Positions 58,428 through 64,000 of a DNA stretch of 64,000 nucleotides are shown here, piece after piece. The stretch is taken from assembly GCA_963754315.1 (NCBI GenBank), contig CAVWFS010000008.1:384001-448000 (forward strand). The letters run 5' to 3'. Numbering within the stretch: position 1 is the first letter of the stretch; every line of letters starts with the position of its first letter. The notes under the pieces were generated by a model. That model had not been told where the DNA came from. It did no database searches and saw only the letters and a program-made list of their open reading frames with translations. Source of the DNA: an uncultured Candidatus Rokubacteria bacterium. Lineage in GTDB: Bacteria; Methylomirabilota; Methylomirabilia; Rokubacteriales; CSP1-6. Position numbers and translations under genes: made by a program.

Positions 58428-59996
58428 TCAGAGGCTCCGCGTGGCGCGTTCCTGCTCGACCAGCACGCGGCGCAGAATCTTGCCTGAGGCCGACTTGGGG
58501 ATCGTTTCCACCACTTCCAGCCGCCGGATCTTCTTGTGGGGTGCCACTCGTCCGGCCACCCAGTCCATCAGCTCGGTTGGCGGCACTGGCTGACGGAGCA
58601 CGACGAAAGCCTTGGGCACCTCGCCAGCTTCCTCGTCCGGGCTCGGGATGACTGCCACGTCGGCCACGGCGGGATGGGAGAGGAGCAACCCTTCCAGCTC
58701 CGCCGGGGCCACCTGCATGCCCTTGTACTTGATGAGCTCCTTGACTCGATCCACCACGTAGAAGTAGCCGTCTGCGTCGGCATAGCCCACGTCGCCTGTG
58801 TGTAACCATCCGTCGCCGTCGATGGTGCGTGCGGTTGCCTCGGGGTCGTTCCAATAGCCCCGCATGACATTGGGCCCTCGTACGCAGATCTCACCCCGCT
58901 CCCCCCTGGGAAGAGTGGCGCCGGTGACGGTGTCCACCACCTTTGAGTCCATGTTGGGAAGGGTCAGTCCGGCCGCACCGCTTCGGACCTTGGCCGGATC
59001 CTGCGGGGTCACGTGGCAGGCCAGGCTCGTCTCGGTCATGCCGTAGCCCTGCGTCACGAGACACTTGAGACGTTCGGCACAGGCGCGCTGCAGGTTTTCA
59101 TCGAGGGGAGCCGCCCCAGAATTCACGAGCTTGATCGACGACAGATCAAACTGGTCCACCAGGGGGTGCTTGGCCAGAGCGAGCACGATGGGCGGGACCA
59201 CGTAGAGATGGGTCAGACGGTGCTCCTGCACCAGCCGCAGGAACTCGCCCAGATCGAAGCGTGGCATCGTGACGCAGAGCCCGCTGAAGTAGAGCGGAAA
59301 GTTCATGAGTACGACCTGCCCGTAGATGTGGAAGAAGGGCAGGATGCCCAAGGTGCGCCAGTTCTCGTCGATCTGCGCCTGCGCTTCGACCTGGCAGGTG
59401 ACGGCCACGAGATTGCGGTGCGTCAGCATGACACCCTTGGGCCGACCGGAGGTGCCGCTCGAGTACGGGAGGGCGACGAGGTCTTCCCGGGGGTTGATGC
59501 GCACCGCGGGCATGTCCCCATCGTTGGCGAGAAGTGCCGCAAACGGCGTAGCACCTTCGGTCTCGCCGAAGACGAAGATCTCCCGGACAGAGGTGCCGCG
59601 AGCGGCCTCGCGCGCCTTGTCGAGAAAGGGGGGAGCGGTCACCAGATACTTGGCACCGGTGTCGCGAAGCTGGAACCCGAGCTCCTCGGGTGTGTAAAGG
59701 GGATTGGCTGCGGTCACGACCCCTCCCACCATGGCGGGACCGTGAAAGGCCAAGGCGTACTCCGGCAGGTTGGGGCTATAGATGGCGAGGACGTCGCCCT
59801 TGGCGAAGCCCCGCCGTGCGAGCCCGGTGCCCACCCGTTGCGCGCCGCCCGCCACCTGGCCGATGGTGAGCGTGCGCCCGCTGGGTCCGTCGATCAGGAC
59901 GGGTTGGTCGGCGCGCTCCCTCGCGTGACGGAGGATGAAGCTCGAATACGGCGCGTCCGGAATCGCGACGTCAGGAAGGGCACTGCGAAAGATCAC
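58428..59996 (-). CDS. 4-coumarate-CoA ligase-like AMP-binding enzyme
   Basis: YSSGTSGRPKG, LPFFHIYG, QGYGMTE, GEICVRG, WLHTGD, KSASGKILRR. GTG start overlaps the VOC gene stop. Confidence 0.93.
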   Translation of the reverse strand: MIFRSALPDVAIPDAPYSSFILRHARERADQPVLIDGPSGRTLTIGQVAGGAQRVGTGLARRGFAKGDVLAIYSPNLPEYALAFHGPAMVGGVVTAANPLYTPEELGFQLRDTGAKYLVTAPPFLDKAREAARGTSVREIFVFGETEGATPFAALLANDGDMPAVRINPREDLVALPYSSGTSGRPKGVMLTHRNLVAVTCQVEAQAQIDENWRTLGILPFFHIYGQVVLMNFPLYFSGLCVTMPRFDLGEFLRLVQEHRLTHLYVVPPIVLALAKHPLVDQFDLSSIKLVNSGAAPLDENLQRACAERLKCLVTQGYGMTETSLACHVTPQDPAKVRSGAAGLTLPNMDSKVVDTVTGATLPRGERGEICVRGPNVMRGYWNDPEATARTIDGDGWLHTGDVGYADADGYFYVVDRVKELIKYKGMQVAPAELEGLLLSHPAVADVAVIPSPDEEAGEVPKAFVVLRQPVPPTELMDWVAGRVAPHKKIRRLEVVETIPKSASGKILRRVLVEQERATRSL

Positions 59997-60502
59997 GCCC
60001 TCGGCTGACTCTGGCGGCGCAGGACCTCGTCCCAGGGGCCGGGGAAGCGACCCTTTTGACCTTCGCCCGAGAACGGCCGCTCCCGCTGCCACTGGCTCCG
60101 CGGCAGCTCGTAGTAGACCTCGAGACCATTGCCGTCCGGATCGTCAAAGTAGATGCCGATGGAGACGGTGTGATCGGAGACCCGGACGGGAACGTCCTTG
60201 GCCTGCAAGCGGTGATACATCTCCTTCAGGTCGTCGAGGCTCGCCATCTTCCAGGCGACGTGATTGAGTCCGACCTGTCCCTTCTCTTGCCCGGGGGCGT
60301 CCTCACCGACCTCGAAGAGGGCGATGTCATGGGCGTGATCGGGGTCGGCAGCCAGGAAGGCAGCCCGCAAGCGTCCCGTCTCCGGAGACATCATGGTGTC
60401 CTGGGTGTGCAGGCCGAAGACGTCGGTGTACCAGCGGTGCGAGCGCTCGGCGTTGCGGACGAAGATATTGACGTGGTCGAGCGATACGGGTGTGTAGGCC
60501 AT
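59993..60502 (-). CDS. VOC family protein (single-module extradiol dioxygenase-like)
   Basis: LDHVNI, HAHDIAL, GLNHVAW, DHTVS..IYFDDPDGNGLE. Confidence 0.88.
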   Translation of the reverse strand: MAYTPVSLDHVNIFVRNAERSHRWYTDVFGLHTQDTMMSPETGRLRAAFLAADPDHAHDIALFEVGEDAPGQEKGQVGLNHVAWKMASLDDLKEMYHRLQAKDVPVRVSDHTVSIGIYFDDPDGNGLEVYYELPRSQWQRERPFSGEGQKGRFPGPWDEVLRRQSQPRA

Positions 60503-60548
60503 GCCTCCCTCCTCCAGAATACGGTAGCAGATCGGCGGCGGCGACGAG

Positions 60549-61768
60549 TCACAACCTCCTGAGCCTCGGGAGCAGCCACGCGGTGATGCCTGTCAGGGCG
60601 GCCAAGGCCAGTCCGCTCGCCCCAAGCGCTGCGCTCACGCCGAACAGCGACGCGATCCCGCCGATCTGGAGTTGCCCGATCGGGGCGAGGCCAATCGCGA
60701 CCACCCAAGCGCCGCCGGCCCGCCCGCGCAGTGCGGCGGGCACGGCAAACTGCAGCAGGCTCTGGGCGAGCAGGTCGGCCAGGGCCCCGATCGCGTTGGT
60801 GATCGTCAGGACGACCAGCACGCCTGCGAAACCCACCACATACGGGGCCAGGCCCAGGCTGGCCACGCTCGCCCCGAACGACACGAGGGTGACCAGAAAG
60901 AACGTCCCTCCGCCTCGCGCCGAGCCTCGCATCGAGGCCAAGAGACCGAGGACCCCACCGACGGAGCGGGCGGCGTTCAGCGCGCCAAGCCCTTCCGGAC
61001 CGGTGTGCAGAATGTCACGGGCGAGACTGGGGAGCACCGCCTGGTGCGCGAACCCCAGGATCTCGGCACCGGCGGTCAAACTCATGAGGACGAGGAGGGT
61101 GCGGTCTTTGCGAACGAGCACGACGAAATCAATCACACCCCTCCACAGAGAATCAGGGTCCGTAGGCGTCAGCCGGACTGGCGCTGAGGCCGTGAGGAGC
61201 GCGGCGGCGCCGGCTAGAAAGGAACCGGCGACGAACAGGTACGCGGGGCCCGATCCCCAGCGAGCGATGACGGCACCAGCTCCGAGCGAGCCCAGGAGCC
61301 ACCCCATCCGCATCGCAACGCCGAGCACGGCCAAGCCATTCACCAGGGACGCCGCGCCCACGATATCGTGCGTGTAGCTCTGTCGGGCCGCGTGCTCGAG
61401 GGCACGGAACGCCCCGGCCCCCAAGGTCAGCAGGACGAGCTGAGTCAGGCTCATCAGCTCGAACACCGTGAGCAGCCCCATCGCTGCCGCCGTGAGGGCT
61501 TGGCCGATGCCGGCCGCGATCAGCAAGCGATGCCGGGGAACCCGATCTGCGAGCACCCCGGCTGGCACGCCCACGAAGAAAAGCGGAAGAGCTCGGGCGC
61601 CCATGGCCAGACCGACCAGGAACGGTGAATCGGTGAGGCTGAGCGCGAGCCAGCCCAGCACCACCACTTCGCCCATCATCCCGACCGAGTTCAGAAGTGT
61701 CGCAACCCCGAGACCCCGGAAATCGGGGAGGCGAAGGAGAGCGAGGTTGAGCTTCAGGAGCGGGTCAC
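60549..61768 (-). CDS. MFS transporter (MFS_3-like); probable single-base error just after the start
   Basis: LLRLPDFR N-terminus and TM1 lie upstream of the ORF-track ATG. The GTG at 61768 (GTGA overlap) needs one extra base near 61756 to be in frame. GVLADR and LRGRA motifs. Confidence 0.85.
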
Positions 61769-63360
61769 TCGGTCAGCCCGACAGCCTCCAGGTAGCGGCG
61801 GTACGGCTCCAAGGTGTCGCCGTACTTCTGATGACCGGCGGTGTGCTGCGCGCAAGCCAGCAGCAGACGCTCACGGTCGCCGTGTGGGTTTCTCCGATAG
61901 TCGTCGAGCAGACAGAGGGCGATCTCCTGGTTGTGGGTATCGTTGCCGTGCTTCAGGGCGTCCAAGGCCAACGTGCTCACCAGTCGGTCACGGTCGTGGC
62001 CGCCGCCGAGATAGGCGCGCGTCCACGCCACGCTCTCGGCCGGCTTCATCGCCACCTGCGCCTCGTCGATCCGTCGGAGGATCTCGTCGGCCGCCATGGC
62101 CTCCGAACCCTGGGGCGGGCGCGTGTCGGCCTGACCGTTGCCAGGGGTCGCGCGCAGCCAGTGAGCAGCCTGGTTGATGAACGACCCGGCCACGTAGAGC
62201 AGCTTGAGGCGATGGGGATGCTCGAAGGTGGTCATGAACCACCGCAGGGTGTTGAGGTACTGGAAGCAGTGCTGGGGCATGGAGAAGTTGCGGCCGTCGG
62301 CGGTCTCGAGGATCAGATCCGCGCTGGCGATCTGCATGGTGTCGAGGATGTGCAAGGGGTCCTTGCCGGCCAGCAAGAGCGCCGTGATCGCATCGATATA
62401 GGCCGGCTCGGAAGCCTGGGTGAGCGCCTCGATGAGCTCCTTCGCCTCCTTGGCCGTGAGGGGCGCGCGGTTGGCGAGCAGGCGCTCCTCGCAGACGACC
62501 GACGGGCTCAGGTCGAGCGACGACTGGTTCCGGTGCTCGTCGTCGGCCAGGTGAATCCAGCTCACCTGGCAGGCCATCTCGTAGTTGGCGTGCCAGCGCG
62601 GGCCCACCGCCATATCGAGGACACCCGCGAAGATGACGTCGTGGGCGTTATCCCAGCCGATCGCATCGCCGATCTCGATGGTGGCGCGCGCGCGGTACGA
62701 CTTGTGGCCGGTCGTGTAGGAGCGGTTGTAGAGCATCCGGTCCTGCACGTCGATCAACCCGGCGAAGGCGAGCTGGGCGAAGAGCTCGCGTCGGCGCCCG
62801 CGCTCCTCGAAGAGGCCGAGGAACACGCGATAGGCTTCGATCACTTGGCCTTGCTGGACCAGGGTCAGCCAATGGTCGAGTCGATCCTCGAAGGGGCCGT
62901 CCAGGCGCTGCGGGGTCTGGTCCTGCCAGTGCGCGGTGGGCTTCGGGAAAGGCTGCGTCTTGCCGCCCCTCCACGTCCGGCGCCCGTAGTGACCGGGAGC
63001 ATTGCCGATGAGCTGGTTCCACGGATCGAGCGCGGTGGGAACGTACCAGATGGCCTGGGCCATGGGCAGGTATGCGAGCTCGGGGGCGACGAAGTCCGGC
63101 AGCCGGAGGCCGGCGCGCACGATCGACAGGCAGTGATCGTTGTTCACGAAGCGGAAGAAACCGCGGTCGATGCGCTGGTGATAGGGCACGTGCGTGTAGG
63201 GCGCGTGGATCCGCACGGTCTCCCGGGCGATCTCGGTCACCGGGCGTCCAGTCTTGACCAGGTCGTGGAAGGTCAGGGTCGCACCCACCTGATCCCGTGC
63301 CAGGCACCGCTCCTCGAGCTTCGCGTACAGGCTGGCTGTCCCGTTTCCCGCGTTCACCAT
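61765..63360 (-). CDS. Hypothetical 531-aa all-helical protein with four His-bearing repeats (putative metallo-oxygenase)
   Basis: SD ggagg before ATG 63360; NNDH, TTGH, MPQH and NDTH motifs each follow a similar helical unit. Function is inference. Confidence 0.75.
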   Translation of the reverse strand: MVNAGNGTASLYAKLEERCLARDQVGATLTFHDLVKTGRPVTEIARETVRIHAPYTHVPYHQRIDRGFFRFVNNDHCLSIVRAGLRLPDFVAPELAYLPMAQAIWYVPTALDPWNQLIGNAPGHYGRRTWRGGKTQPFPKPTAHWQDQTPQRLDGPFEDRLDHWLTLVQQGQVIEAYRVFLGLFEERGRRRELFAQLAFAGLIDVQDRMLYNRSYTTGHKSYRARATIEIGDAIGWDNAHDVIFAGVLDMAVGPRWHANYEMACQVSWIHLADDEHRNQSSLDLSPSVVCEERLLANRAPLTAKEAKELIEALTQASEPAYIDAITALLLAGKDPLHILDTMQIASADLILETADGRNFSMPQHCFQYLNTLRWFMTTFEHPHRLKLLYVAGSFINQAAHWLRATPGNGQADTRPPQGSEAMAADEILRRIDEAQVAMKPAESVAWTRAYLGGGHDRDRLVSTLALDALKHGNDTHNQEIALCLLDDYRRNPHGDRERLLLACAQHTAGHQKYGDTLEPYRRYLEAVGLTE

Positions 63361-63438
63361 GAAGACCTCCGTCGGTCTGCGTGAGGCAACCTTACCGCTG
63401 TCCGCCGTTCGGGTCCAGTCGTGTGGCGCTGCCCCCAC

Positions 63439-64000
63439 TCAGCCCGCCGGCTCCCCGGCGTTGACGGCCAGGACTTGCCCCGAGATGCTCCGAGCCATGT
63501 CGCTGCAAAAGAACACCGTGGCATCGACGATATCGTCCGCGGTGACCATGCGCTTGAGCGGCGAGCGCTCGATCATGGCCTTGCGCATCTCCTCGACCGA
63601 GATGCCTCGCACCCGGGCCTGGCCGGCGATGACCTGGTCGATGCGGTCTCCCTCGACGGCGCCGGGGGCCACACAGTTGACGCGGATCTTCTGGGGCGCC
63701 AGCTCGAGCGCCATGCCGTACGTCATGCCGACCTGACCGGCCTTGGCCGAGCAATACCCGATGCGGTAGGGCAGACCGCGGCGGCCGGCCCCGGAGGAGA
63801 TGTTCACGATGGCTCCCCCGCCGGCCTTGATCATCTCGGGGACGACGAAGCGGGTGCAGAGGTAGGAGCTGGTCAGGCACGAGTCGATCGTGTAGCGCCA
63901 GTCCTCCATGAGATAGTCCTGAACGGGTTTGGTGGGGCCGCCGTCGCCCGCGTTGTTCACCAGCGTGTCGATCTTGCCGTACGCGCGCAGGCCCTCGGCG
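63439..64000 (-). CDS. SDR oxidoreductase, N-terminus beyond the window end
   Basis: LVNNAG, NISS, YCSAK, RVNCVAPG, ISGQ. Confidence 0.9.
   Translation of the reverse strand, partial: AEGLRAYGKIDTLVNNAGDGGPTKPVQDYLMEDWRYTIDSCLTSSYLCTRFVVPEMIKAGGGAIVNISSGAGRRGLPYRIGYCSAKAGQVGMTYGMALELAPQKIRVNCVAPGAVEGDRIDQVIAGQARVRGISVEEMRKAMIERSPLKRMVTADDIVDATVFFCSDMARSISGQVLAVNAGEPAG

Noticed and set aside
58394..58461. 11-bp direct repeat cctgctcgacc (58394 and 58451) as a target-site duplication
   Set aside because: One copy lies inside the intact CoA ligase 3' end and the other is explained by the permease tail; no element lies between them.
1..64000. tRNA, rRNA, riboswitch, prophage or IS elements
   Set aside because: None recognised by eye; intergenic spaces are short. 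tRNAscan-SE and Infernal/Rfam would be needed to exclude small RNAs.

Overview
A high-GC (roughly 68-70%, estimated by eye), densely coding bacterial chromosomal window. It is dominated by small-molecule uptake and catabolism: ABC and TRAP solute-binding proteins, three MFS transporters, three luciferase-like monooxygenases, four amidohydrolases, four SDRs, a hydantoinase/oxoprolinase pair, a molybdo-hydroxylase large subunit, an orphan E1 alpha/beta pair, transketolase, a core MetE-like enzyme, a CoA transferase and a CoA ligase. It also carries two VapBC-type toxin-antitoxin loci and a Uma2 nuclease. Gene content and a G/C-run palindromic intergenic repeat suggest Ca. Rokubacteria (Methylomirabilota), which is an inference. 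I saw no rRNA, tRNA, CRISPR array, integrase or transposase. Best candidates for new biology: (1) a 531-aa unannotated four-repeat, four-His helical protein in an SDR/MFS/VOC/CoA-ligase operon, possibly a questin-oxidase-like non-heme metal oxygenase with Glu in place of the carboxylated Lys; (2) a secreted beta-propeller/di-heme peroxidase-like fusion; (3) an atypical thiol dioxygenase-enoyl reductase-4x rhodanese operon. Two operons appear collapsed by deletion (Rieske alpha/beta and SBP/permease), several genes look leaderless, and about eight single-base frameshifts are most likely sequencing errors. All functional calls come from motif recognition; no database search was run.
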